From assembly GCF_006345805.1 (NCBI RefSeq), contig NC_042997.1:75330001-75394000 (forward strand): DNA of 64,000 bases, given 5' to 3'. The DNA is from Octopus sinensis. Its lineage: Eukaryota. Under the pieces are notes generated by a model. The model ran no database searches, had not been told where the DNA came from, and saw only the letters and a list, made by a program, of their open reading frames with translations. Made by a program: the position numbers and the translations under genes. This document shows, piece by piece, positions 25,468 through 45,438 of the stretch (its first letter is position 1; every line of letters begins with the position of its first letter).

Positions 25468-26760
25468 GTAGCAATGACAGCACTCTGATAGATAGTGGAG
25501 AATCAGGGGTTATTCCTATAGTTAATAGTGACGTAGTGGAAAATAGAGTAGTAAGCGGCTGCAGGTCTCGGAACGAATATAGTGTCAGGAACGCAGTTCT
25601 AATTTCAGAAACCAATCCTAGCAGATTAAGATTCACGTCGGCGAACTCCAAGATCAAAAACGCCGTCTACCAATGCAAGGTTTACACGGACTCAGATGCC
25701 TTCACTTATGTAGGGGCATCATCCTCAAGATTGTCTTTGCGTGTCTCCAACCATTACGCAACTTTTCGGGACGTGAACAAGCGCCAGACCACGGGACTCA
25801 GTAAGCTAATATGGCGACTGAAGGATGCGAACTTAAGCTATAGGTGGGATGGTCAATTTTGTCGGTGGCCTCCCATTTGATAGGGGCAGAAGACAGTTCA
25901 ACCTTTGTGTCTCCGAACTCTTCCATATTTGTTTGCCAGAGCCGGATGGTAAACGGGCTCTTACAGTCGGCTTTTCGATACCCCCATTGGCGGCGTTACA
26001 CTTATCTGGCCTTTAAATAGCGTTTATAAATAATACCGGCACCCATAGCCCTTGGTAACAAATTCTGAAATAGCCTTTAAGATATCTACGATTGACCACT
26101 GCAAGGGGAATTACTCCTGTAAGACAAACGGGGCTTGGGTTTTTCACAGCGGGGGGTTTCCTTGACAAGGCAGGCTTAGATGAACACACACACACATAAA
26201 ACATAATATATATATAAAATTTTTTTATTTTTTTCTTTCTGCCACCCAACGGTTATCAGAGCAGTAGCCACTGACAGCCGAACGATCAAACGCACACACG
26301 TACACAAAAAATGTTTTCTACCCCTACGCCAACACCACATATATAGAACAGTATACACACACACACGTCTCTAAGTAGATTTTTCTCGCCACTTATAAAA
26401 CATCCAATTTCTTTAAATAGTCAGAACTTTTATTCTCCGTCACAAGAACATCTATACACCCTCACCCACATGTGACCGATGCCTGACCCGTTGAATTCTT
26501 CAGCCACCGGTTCTCAACATACACTGATAAACAGTTTCGCCATGGGCTCTTAGGAGCACAGTTCGATTGTTTTTTGCTCCGCCTCTGTTCTGTTTTTGTT
26601 TTTCCAACGGATTTCCTTTTTCTTCCTGAAGAGAAAGACACAATATGGTCCCATTATTCAATCGGATTTTGGTAATTTGTGCCTTTCGAAACACGTGTAT
26701 GAATGAAATAAAACGATTTCTGTTCAATCTGCGTTCAGCTCCATTTCTTCAATTCCCAAT
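25468..26760 (+). mobile_element. Penelope-like element 3' end: GIY-YIG endonuclease remnant and hammerhead-bearing terminal region
   Basis: NAVYQCKV..FTYVGAS..LSLRVSNHYATFR..TTGLSKLIWRLK..W (25650-25850); hammerhead at 26619-26708. The link between the two parts is inferred. Confidence 0.75.
26619..26708 (+). ncRNA. Type I hammerhead ribozyme with long stem II
   Basis: CTGAAGA 26626-32; stem II GAAAGACACAA/TTGTGCCTTTC (10/11 bp); GAAA 26688-91; palindromic stem III ACACGTGT; GUA triplet ending 26699; imperfect stem I. Confidence 0.7.
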
Positions 26761-27500
26761 AATTTTTATATATATATATATATATAATATAAATATTATA
26801 TATATATATATATATAAATATATATATATAAAAAAAATATATATAATATATATATATATATATAAATATTAAATATTTATATATATATATATAAATATAA
26901 ATTTATTATATATATATAATATAAATATATATATATAAATATATATATAATATATTAATAAATATAATATAAATATATATATATATATATTATATAAATA
27001 TATATATATAATATAAATATATATATATATATATTTATAGAAATATATATATATATATATAAATATATATATATATATTAAAATATATATATATATATAT
27101 TTATATAAATCTATATATATTATATATAAATATATATATATATTTATATAAATATATATATATATATATAAATATCTATATATATATCTACAAATATATA
27201 TATATATATTTATATAAATATATATATATATATATATAAATATATATATATTATTAAATATATATATATATATATATTTTATAAATATATATATATATAT
27301 ATAATATATATATATATATATTTATATAAATATATATATATATATATAAAATATATTATATATATATTTATATAATAAATATATATATATATATATTTAT
27401 ATAAATATATATATATATATATTTATATAAATATATATATATATATTTATATAAATATATATATATATTTTTCGATAGGATTATATATAGGTTATATATG
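26760..27500. repeat. (TA)n low-complexity array
   Basis: Direct inspection. Confidence 0.95.
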
Positions 27501-27748
27501 GATTATATATTATATTTTTCATTTATACTTAATTATTTAAAAGTATTATTTTTTATATTTTAAAATTTTGATTTTTTAGATTGGTAGTCCACCTGAAGAT
27601 TGTCGATCAAGACAAGAAACGATTGTAGTGGCGGTTTTTTGACTATTTATTAATTTTATGTATTGATTAAGTCTTTCCTTGTTTGTTTTGCAAAATAGTG
27701 GTTTTGTCTCAAATAATATTTTATATATATATTTATATAAATATATAT

Positions 27749-30700
27749 GATGGATTGATTGATTGATTGATTCTAGTTTCAGCTTATGAGCTGTGGCCAT
27801 GCTGGGGCACCGCCATTTGGTGTTGCTACTTGGTTTCACTTCATGGAGGCTTTCTAGCAACTGCTATTTGGTGCATGAGAGAGTTCTATGCAGCTGCCCT
27901 CATCTACCCCTCCTGCCGTGAAGTTGGTTCATCTGGGACACATGACAGGAAGAGATCCAGCTTCATTTTAAAGACATCTGTATCCACCCCATGCAGGTCT
28001 CTCAGGTTCTTCGGGAGAATATTGAAGAGCTGTGGGCCTCGGAAGACCAGGCTATCACAGAATCTTGTCCTACATCTGATGGCAGGTTTGGAGTCCTAGG
28101 CACCACGTAGTGGCGCCCAGTTCTGGCATTTGCGAACTCTCGATGCCAAAGTTCAGACACTCCCTCCAGGATCTTCCAGATGTATATTATGGCATACTTT
28201 CCCGCCTACGCTCCAGGGAATATAATTTTAATCTCTTGAGTCTTTCCCAGTAGCTTACATTCTGCATAGAGGCTATCTTCTTTGTGTAGCTTCGTTGGAT
28301 CGCCTCAAGTTCTGTGATCAACTTGACACTGGATGGTGACCATAGCTGAGAGCAATAGTCAAAGTGGCTTAGGACAAGTGTCTTCCAGAGGACCATCATG
28401 GTTTCTTGTTCTATTGTTCTAAAGGTTCTAAGAATCCATCCAGCCAGCCGTCTACATTTCATTGTCAGTTTAGCAACATGTACATGAAAGGTCGCGTCAT
28501 CACTCATGTGAATACCCAGGTCACGCACTGATTGTGCCTCTGGGATTGCAATCTCCGGGTCCAGTGTATTCATGGGTATTGCATTCAGTTTTGCATGCTG
28601 TTAGTATAAAGCTTGAAAATTTCCTCAGGGTCTGTATTGCCTGTGAAACTTTTGTATCATCTGCATAACTTGTGATCGTGGCTCTCTGCGTGGCTGAGGG
28701 CAGTCTGAGAGGCCATTATGAAGAGTAGTGGTCCCAGAACAGTGCCCTGCGGAACACCGCTCACTATTTGTGTGTTAATGGAGGTGGCCCCATTGGCTAC
28801 TACCACCTGACTTCTATCTTTCAAGAAGTCATGAATCCATTCTCCCAGTTTTCAACTATGTGAGATCACGCAGTTTGTGACATATCATTCCATGATCGAC
28901 TTTATCAAAGGCCTTTGCAAGTCGAGATATATCACTTCCACATTTGAGTGGTTGAGCAGCCGTTTCAGCACCCAGTCATAGTGTTGTAGGAGCTGAGTTA
29001 AACAGCTTCTCCTGGTCGGAAATCATGTTGGGTGTCGGGCAGCAAGTCATTCTCTTCAAGGAAGGTGATCAGCTTCCTTCTGACTATTCGTTCCATGACC
29101 TTGCTGATGTGTGAGGTCAGAGAGATAGGTCTATAGTTCTTGGCTCCGCTCTGCTACCTCCGTTATGAATGGGGCATATTTTACCTTCCTTCAGTTTTCC
29201 TGGAAGTTTGCCAGCTGCAAGGAAGCTCTGAAAGAGGAACTGCAGTGGTCTTGCTAGGACTCTCTTACATGCTTTTAGGAGGATTGCCGGGAATCCATCG
29301 GGGCCAGTAGCTGAGTCTGTTTTCATTTCATCTATAGCCTTGGTTACATCGTCTTCCTTTATATCGATGTAATCTATCGTCGCCGCCTCTGATTTTATAT
29401 CTGCAGTGGTAAAAAAGTCAGTTGGATTGGTGATTTGGAGATGCCCAAGGGTGGAGTGAAAACACTCTTGAATTGCTAATTCATTATTTCACTTACCCTC
29501 ATTGTTTCCTGTAAGTGTGCCATCCTTTTCGAGGAGTGGCCCTATTCTACAGTGCACTGTACTGTTTCTTTGGCATACCTGTAGAAATCTCTGGGTTAGA
29601 TTTATGTTTCTATAGCCCAGGCTTCTTTGTCTGCTCTTTCTTTTTCATGGGAGAGTTGCAGACATTTTTCGATTTCCAACAGTTTTATTTTTAGGCGGGA
29701 CTTTTCACTGCTTTCAATCTGTTTGTTTAGGCGATTTGAAAATTTCGTACGCCGTCATTAAGATTTCCCTCTCTCTGGGGATTTTGTTCTTGTGTACAGT
29801 GGCCTTTCTCTCTGGGACACATTTGTAGCATATGGCTTGCATACAGACATGAATTGTTGAAGTTTCACGTCGATGTCTGGCGAGGAGAGACATTTAGGCC
29901 AGTTTTGTTTGAGGATCTCTTTCTCAATTTGTTTCCAGTTTGCTTTATGGTAGTTCAAGCTGGAAAGATTTTGAGGGTTTCTTGTAGGCTGCATGTCCAT
30001 GCTCTCTTTTGGCCCGTACATGGTCAGCTCTATCATGTTGTGATCCGAGAGTAGTGTCGGTGTCACTTCACATTATGATGAGAATCCATGTCATTTGTGA
30101 AGCAGAGATCCAGTGTGTTACCCTGCCCTGGTTGGTTGGAGTATTACCTGCTCCACGTACAGGGTGTTTGATGAGGTTCAGGAGGGACCATCGCCTGTCC
30201 TCGTTCACATCTTGTCAATTCCTGGAGAGAAAGGCCCTCGGGCCATCTGACATTGGGCAGATTGAAGTCTCCCATAAGAAGCACACCTATGTGTTGTTCT
30301 AATGTGGTTAGAATTTCTTTCTTTTTTATAAGGCAGTCTTCAAACTTGCCCACTGGCTTGGGGCATCTGGAGGGCGATATGTAGCACACACAACTACATC
30401 AAGTTGCTTATATGTACAATTAGTGTGTCACACACCAAGTTGAGTATGACAAGAGGACCTGGGGTGTGAGGTCCTCACGGATGTACATAGCAACACCTCC
30501 ATGACTCCTTTCTTCTTTCCTGTTCGGTCCGTAGTACAGCATACTGTGGTATTGTGTAACTCCGCATCTGCTATGTCCGGTTTCATGCGTTTCTGTAAGT
30601 GCTATGCATATGGCTTGATTGCATGCAACAAAGTCTCTCAGGAGCGGGATCTTTGTCCTGTTACTGAGTGTTTGCAGTCCTCTGATGTTCAGTAGGAGTA

Positions 30701-31010
30701 TCGAGGTGAGGTGTACGTTGTTGCCGGCGGTGTCCATCCTGTGTCTGTTTGCTGTGGTGGTCTGCTATATAGTGGGTAGTCCACCTGCGGGCTTGGGTTT
30801 CATGAAGCCAGGTCAGCTGCTGTACAATCTTTTGTGCCATGCACAAAAAAGATTGTTGCTCAGCAGCTGCTCTTTCGACAACATCATGTTGGCTTTTTTG
30901 TGGCGCGCACAACATCTGCGTACCTCCGCTTGGGCAGGTGGTGCGTGGTCCATCCCTTTTCTTTGTGTTGATGGTTTTGTCCATCTGCCTCGTGTCTCTG
31001 TGGCAGGTCA
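27749..31010 (-). mobile_element. CR1-clade LINE (part of ORF1 plus APE-RT ORF2), frameshifted, (CAAT)n tail
   Basis: LLNIRGL, IALTET, LMGDFNLPNVRW, SDHNMI, ATGPDGFPA, AKAFDKVDHG, GVPQGTV, YADDTK, LEAIQRSYTK..SYWERLK.LKLYSLERRRE; tail reads (GATT)n on the + strand at 27753-27772. Confidence 0.9.
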
Positions 31011-31123
31011 TATAAATATATATATAATATATATATATATAAATATATATATAAATATATATATATATATAAATATAATATATATATATAATATAAATAT
31101 ATTATAATATATAATATAAATAT

Positions 31124-31154
<31 letters not shown>

Positions 31155-31191
31155 AATATAAATTATATATAAATATAAATATATATTATAT

Positions 31192-31222
<31 letters not shown>

Positions 31223-31375
31223 AATATAAATATATCTATATCTAATATAAATTATATATATATAAATATATATATATATATAAATATAAATATATATATA
31301 TATAAATATATATATATCTATAAATATAAATATATAATATATATAATATATATATATATATATAAATATAAATAT

Positions 31376-31407
<32 letters not shown>

Positions 31408-31802
31408 AATATAATATATATATATATAAATATATATATATATATTAAAAGATAAATATTATATATATAAATATATATATATTATATAAATAATAAATAT
31501 ATAATATAAATATAAATATATATAATATAAATATATATATATATATATATATAATATATATATATATAGATATATATATATATATATATATAAATATATA
31601 TTATATATAATAATATATATATATAGAAATTTAAATATATATATATATAATATATATAAATATAATATATTAAATATAAATATATTATAATTATATTATA
31701 TATATATATATATATATAAATATATATATATAAATATAATATATTATATAAATATATATATTATATATATATATTTATATATATATATATAAATATATAT
31801 AT

Positions 31803-31849
<47 letters not shown>

Positions 31850-31975
31850 AAAAATATTAAATATATATATATAATATATATATATTTAAATATATATATA
31901 TAAATATATATATATAAATATATATATATATTATATATATTTATATATATATATATAAATATAATAATAATATAG

Positions 31976-32023
<48 letters not shown>

Positions 32024-32055
32024 TATATATATAATAATATATATATATATATTAT

Positions 32056-32086
<31 letters not shown>

Positions 32087-32090
32087 AATA

Positions 32091-32124
<34 letters not shown>

Positions 32125-32270
32125 ATATAAATATATATATATATATATATAAATATAATATATTAGATATATAAATATATATATATATATATATAATATA
32201 TATAATATATATATAAATATATATAATATATATATAAAATATGTTTATATAAAATATATATATATATAAA
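31011..32270. repeat. (TA)n array
   Basis: Direct inspection. Confidence 0.95.
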
Positions 32271-32271
32271 T

Positions 32272-33195
32272 TTGAGAGAAATGTTGTACCTAAGAAGCAT
32301 CAGTTGTGGTGTGCAAGAGAGATGATTGCGCTGGTATGGTCATGTGGCGAGAATGGATGAAGATAGGTGTGTGAGAAAGTGCCAATCCCTAGCAGTTGAG
32401 GGAACCCGTGGAAGAGGTAGACCCAGGAAAACCTGGGATGAGGTGGTGAAGCACGACCTTCGAACTTTAGGCCTCACTGAGGAAATGAACCAGCGACCGA
32501 GACCTTTGGAAATATTTGTACGTGAGAAGAACAGGCAGGACAAGTGAGCCCTCCCACTTATGAATGCCTTTCCTCCCTTGGACACAAAGACCTGTTGAGG
32601 CAAGCGAAGTCGATATAGAACCTCATCCGACGACAGAAACCCATGCCAACCCCCCATGCCTTGCGAAGACATGTTTGGGCAAGCGAAATCGAAACCGAAT
32701 TGAACCAGCCAGGATCCCTGGCCTTGGGTACGTAAAAAGCACTATCCGACTCGTGGCTGTGGCACGTAAAATACTCCAATGCGACCGTACGACAGGCACC
32801 CATGCCAACCCCCTTTGCTTGTGAAGACATGTTGGGGCAAGCGAAATCGAATTGAACCAGCCAGGATCCCTGGTCTGGTGGTACGTAAAAAGCACTATCC
32901 GACTCGTGGCCGATGCCAGCACCGCCTTCACTGGCTTCCGTGCCGGTGGCACATAAAATACACCAATCTGACCGTGGCTGTTGCCAGCCTCGCCTGGCAC
33001 CTGTGCAGGTGGCACGTAAAAAGCACCCACTACACTCACGGAGTGGTTGGCGTTAGGAGAGGCATCCAGCTGTAGAAACATTGCCGGATTAGACTGGAGC
33101 CTGGTGCAGCCTTCTGGCTTCCCAGAACCCCGGTCGAACCGTCCAACCCATGCTAGCATGGAGAACGGACGTAAAACGATGACGATGATGATGAT
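32272..33195 (+). mobile_element. RTE LINE 3' fragment (ORF2 C-terminus, 3' UTR, (GAT)n tail)
   Basis: LRWYGHVARMDEDRCVRKC..GRGRPRKTWDEVV; UTR with repeated GTAAAA(A)GCAC units; GGACGTAAAACGATGACGATGATG tail. Confidence 0.9.
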
Positions 33196-40201
<7,006 letters not shown>

Positions 40202-41761
40202 GTGGGACTGAACCTGGAATCATGTGGTTGGGAAACAAGCTTCTTACCACACAGCCACGCTGCACCTATGTGTATGTAAATGTGTATGCATTAATTATAA
40301 ACCTTTATGTAACCTAAGTATTTAATTTTGTGTGTATGGAGATGTAAGAGAAGCTAACAATATATCTGTGGAGATATTCATGGAATGTGTGTGTTTATAG
40401 ATATATTTGTTTTCGTTTTTGTAATGAGTGAAGGAATATATAGTTTTATTTACATGAGAGAGATATAGAAAAAGAGCCAGCTGTTGATAGTGTCTGTGTG
40501 TCTATATATTTTCAATTAAGTTTTTTTTATAATTATAAGAGTTTGTATAAAATAGATGTATGAGTGAATGAATGTAGAGAAGTTTTTATGGGACAGAACC
40601 ATCTTTGTTATTGGATTCTATAAAAAGAATGTGAGACGTAACATCTAGACCATAAGCCTGACATGATTGTAAAATAAAGAGGCCACTAAAAGAGCCAGGA
40701 TATCTTAACATCTAATTTATGTACACAGCAAGGCAGATAATTATCCTTAATGAGAATGATTCCTTGCTTCAATTTGTTTCTATTACATAAATTTGTTCAT
40801 GTGGACTAGCCTAACTTGATGTGTATATATTTAGATTTTATAATCCATCAGCATATTTTTTTGTCGTGTAACTGATGAATTATGTGTAATATTTGTTGTA
40901 GAAGAAATCTTATATGGCTCATGGAAATTAATCAGTAGTTGCTGAAATAATTACAGTATTACACAAGATGGATTATGATGAAACAATTGTAAATGAAGCA
41001 TTAAAATTATATGCTAACTCCATTTCTTAAATTTTTATCATTATAAGTACTCAGTGGGTATTTGTGGATTTTTGAGTATTTTGATAGTTGATATCTGTGG
41101 AAGTTCTTCATGTAGTAAACACCAGCTCACATATTTTCTATACACACACACGCACATATGTACATGTGTGTGTGCATATACATCATCATTGCCATCACTT
41201 TTACCTCTGCCTTCCACTCTTGATGTGTTATGTAGGCCCCTCCCACCATCTTCAAAGTGTTTTGTGCCTGGTCTATAGGAATTATGTTAAGAAGCCATAT
41301 CCTTTTCCTATTATGGAAGCAGTAACTGTAGTTGGATAAATACTATCATACACAAAATCCACCTATTTCATATTGATAACTCATTTGAATATATTGATTG
41401 TTTGGTCTTCAGTTGAGTTCCCTGCTAATTTGTGTTGAATAATTGGTAGATGATGTGTGTCAAATGCTGCCAGAGTCATGTTAAGTCCTTTTCTAAAACA
41501 TTTATCTGGCCTAATGAATCATTGTCATGTTATCTCTCTAAACAATTTATATATCTATAATATACCAGTGTGCTCTTTTTCTGAAAAATGACTGGGAATT
41601 GGATCAGCAGCCCCATGAAACAGAAACTAATGATATTTAGAAGTTGTGTATGACCATATGTATAACAGCTGCTTGAATGATTCTGTCATGTTTTCTGTGA
41701 AAAACAATGATATATATTTATTCAGCCTATGTTTAATTTCTTTGGGTTTAATTTCTTTCAG

Positions 41762-41837
41762 AGATTTGTTACCAATTATTTCAGCATTGGAAAACAACTC
41801 TTGGTTTACTGGCATAAGTGCAAAGAATGTACGACTA
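41762..41837 (+). CDS. CARMIL: CARMIL/LRRC16 exon D (LRR)
   Basis: tttcAG|...|GTAAGT; (R)DLLPIISALENNSWFTGISAKNVRL vs CARMIL1 [26 protein letters not shown]; phase matches exon C. Confidence 0.93.
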
Positions 41838-42415
41838 GTAAGTAATTACTTCATATGTGTGTGCATGCATGTGCATGGCCGGGATTTATTTTACTCTTTA
41901 CTCACTTAGGTATATATCTTTAAAAGAATGGAAAGTAATACATAACAAGAACCAATGAGTCATACATATTTTTGGAATTTGGTATTTGCTGCTATCACAC
42001 TTACTCCCCACTTTCTATTAATGATTAATTTCAATTAAATTTAAAATTTCTGTCTTTTCTCCTGCAAATATCAGTCATTTAAACAGTGATTCATCTCATC
42101 ACAATGAATCAAAATTTTCTTAATTAAAATTTCTTATTTTAGTATTATTAGTCTGTCTAACAATATTACATTCTTGAGGCATGTGTGCTTCATATTGCCT
42201 GAAGAGAGCTACACTTTGTCATCAGTAGAGGCAAGTGAGGAAGTCTCTACATAATCACTTTTGTTGTTAGAAATAGCTAAATTAGCTTCAAATCACACCT
42301 TACAGTTATTTTGAAGTTCTTCCATCTTGTGCTATAGTTTCACTTAATCCACTTTCATTCTGCACTACAGATATTATTTAGATAACAAGATTTAGTTGTA
42401 CCTTCTAACTAACTC

Positions 42416-42501
42416 AGTGGCAACAGCAATATCAAGTTATACTTTCTCATTAATGTATTAACATTAATGAGAAAGTATAAATTGATATTGCTGTTGCCAC
42501 T
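42416..42501. repeat. Near-perfect inverted repeat (41-bp arms, 4-nt loop, 1 mismatch)
   Basis: AGTGGCAACAGCAATATCAAGTTATACTTTCTCATTAATGT-ATTA-ACATTAATGAGAAAGTATAAATTGATATTGCTGTTGCCACT. Confidence 0.95.
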
Positions 42502-43169
42502 AGCAACTAGTGGTATCTACTTGTTAGTAAAAGCTTTTTAGTGCTTAAATGCTTCTTGGTTTTTTTCCTTGCTCTCTAATTACAATAAATGGAAGAAAGC
42601 AATGAATGAGTTTTGGGCTATTGTAGTCAATAGTTTGTGAACTATATAGTCAATGATGGTGGCTGCTTTTGCTTCTAATTTATTGTGGAAGGATATATTG
42701 CTTGTTCAAAAATATTTTTGGTTTAAAATCTTCTGAGAAGTGAATATGGACATGACAACCAACATATAATAATGTCGACCTCTTTCAGTTTCATGTGCTT
42801 CAGTGTAGTCAAAATATTTCTGTTGAGATGAGTTACTTGGTATTTTCAATCCCATGCCGTTCAGTGGTTATGTCTTTATTTCTAACCATCACAGCTAAGG
42901 CCATGTCTTAGTACTTGCTTCATAATGCTGGTTTGATTTTAAGTAACAATGATTACAAAGATGATGAGTAATTAATTGTATAAACATTTTCTATATTTAG
43001 ACTTGCTTTAAAATATTTAGTCTAGAAGTAAACTTCTTAAAGAGAGTGAACACATTTGTTTTTTTTGCTGTATTAAATAAAAATTTCTTTGTTGATGCTT
43101 GAGTAATTTAGTAATCAATTGAATGATTTAAAGTTTGTTCATACTTTATAATCTAAATTATCTTTTTAG

Positions 43170-43258
43170 ACAAGTGACGTTGCATCCGAAATTGTCAAAG
43201 TCTTCAAAAAGAATAGTTTGTTGGAAGAACTCAGTCTTAGCAATACTGGAATCAAATC
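43170..43258 (+). CDS. CARMIL: CARMIL/LRRC16 exon E (LRR)
   Basis: tttttAG|...|GTGAGT; TSDVASEIVKVFKKNSLLEELSLSNTGIK(S) vs CARMIL1 [30 protein letters not shown]. The next exon was not found in the window. Confidence 0.92.
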
Positions 43259-43829
43259 GTGAGTATGACATACAGAAGTTTATATATAAGTCTGTATTGG
43301 TAAATTTATTAGACCAGTACTGTATTTTTCCTGGAATTTTGTTTTCTAAGTTCAGATCTTTGCCTTTCATCTCTTTAAGAGGAGTTCGTAAAACACATTA
43401 TTAGTCAAGGGTAGTAGATGGGTGGAATTTTCAGAACATCAGAAGATGCCTTATGGTATTTGTTTTGGTTTATAGTAGTCTTAGTCTTTAGGTAGTACAC
43501 TTACTCTGCTGCTTCATTTAGCATCACCTTGGTCCTTGTGTGCAAGCTTTCTCTGGTATGAGGATAACTTCCATTGCTTCTCCCCACAAAAATGCTAAAG
43601 AATCATGCACACTGTTCTTCCTTCCTTGACTAATTGGTAAAAAAAAAGATCCATTTGTTTGTAAGTATGTACATAGTCAGGGCTAGATTTAAACCTTGGA
43701 AGGCCTGAGGCACTTCTAGTTCAGTAGATCTCTATATGCAGAAATTAAAATACATGGCAAATTTATATCTCAAATCCCTTCCATTGCATGTAATTGAAAT
43801 TGATAAGTTTGCATATAGAAAGTTTAAAC

Positions 43830-44052
43830 AGTTGGTATTAGGAAGGGCATCCAGCCATAAAAACCATGCCAAAATAGACCTATCCACTGTTGGTGCCACA
43901 TGAAAAGCACCCATTCCACTCTGAAGTGGTTGGCACTAGAGAGGGCATCAAGTCATAGAAGCCATGTCAAAACAGACAGTGGAGCTTGGTCAGCTCCTTT
44001 CAAACCATCCAACCCATTCCAGCATGGAAGATGGTCATTAAATGATGATGAT
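43830..44052 (+). mobile_element. RTE-family 3' tail fragment(s)
   Basis: GTTGGTATTAGGAAGGGCATCCAGC, AAAAGCACCC, CCAACCCATTCCAGCATGG..TTAAATGATGATGATG. Confidence 0.75.
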
Positions 44053-44112
44053 GAATTATTTTTAAATTTGAAAAATAAAGGTGAACTTTTGATTTAGAGA
44101 CATACAAATGAA

Positions 44113-44712
44113 ATCATCATCATCGTTGGCATGGGTTGAACAGTTTGACAGCAGCAGGAGAACTGTCCAGGCTCCATGAATGTTTTGGCATGGTTTCTAT
44201 GGCTGGATGCCCTTTCTAGTGCCAACCACTTAGCAGTGTACTGAATGTTTTTACACAGCACCAACACATGTGCTTCTATGTGGCACCAATACAGGTGCTT
44301 TTTATGTTGCACCAGCACCCATGAGTCTGCAAGATAAGGAAAGCTTAGCAGAAGAGGGATGCAGGGGACAACCACATATTTACTTAGCTTGATGTATTTT
44401 CTCTACAAGTCTCTGCCCACTGTCATACCCTCTGTGAGGCCCTACATCTGAAGATTCTTTCTCACCACTTTGTCTTTTGTCTACCTGGTTCTACCCCTTC
44501 CACATGTTCCCTCCATGATTAGAGCTCAGCACTTCTTGATGCACCTGTCTTCATTCATATGCATTACATGACCATAGCAGTGCAGTCTTCTTTCTTGCAC
44601 CCTACATCTGATGCCTTATATACCCAGTTTTTCTCTCAAATCACTTACACTCTGTTGTATATGCACACTGACACTACCCATCCAGCTGAGTATACTGGCT
44701 TCATTTCTTTTG
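44113..44712 (-). mobile_element. RTE LINE 3' fragment, degenerate
   Basis: (CAT)n, GGCATGGGTTG, GGATGCCCTT on the + strand; decayed LRWYGHV/GRPRKT coding on the minus strand. Confidence 0.75.
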
Positions 44713-45438
44713 AGATATAAATTTGTCATGTATTTTAATTTTTTTCTTTCAAGCCTTCATATAATGAAAATGAACCAACAGTAATGACAAATGTACAAAA
44801 ATAATTTGAATAACCTGAATGACTGGAATGTCATTCAGTAGTCATGCATAAAACTAGGTTATTGTTATACATTTCCTTTTATTATTTCAACACCATTTAG
44901 TTAATTTATTACAGTAGCATAGGGGAAAATAAGACATTATAAATCAGGGAAACCAAGTTATTTTTTATACATTCCCCATTATTGTTAGTTTCAATTTCAT
45001 TGATATTTTACTTACATATCCCTAAATCAAAAGATTTCTATAATGAACTCTTCACATCCACACATCTACATTGCAAGAGAACTGCCTTCACCAACAAAAT
45101 GACCCCATCCCCAAACTGATTCAAACCAGCATCTTAGGAGATGCTAGTTTGATTAACAAATGTGAAACTGGAATAAGAAAAGGAAGGATCACCCAATTTT
45201 CCAAAATAGCTGTGGAATTTCCCCAGGGTCTGCGATAACACAGAGCTGTCTAAGTAGCATTATAGACACCCTGGCAAAGCAATTTTCTGGGGGCCCTACA
45301 AACACAACAATGATAAAAATGCTAATATATATAAATATAATTACGGAAAAAGAAATATAAAATTCTAATCTTTTTTAGTTTCATATACCAGATGCTTTGA
45401 TGATTGGAACTGTTTCATTAATGATAAAATGTGTTTAA

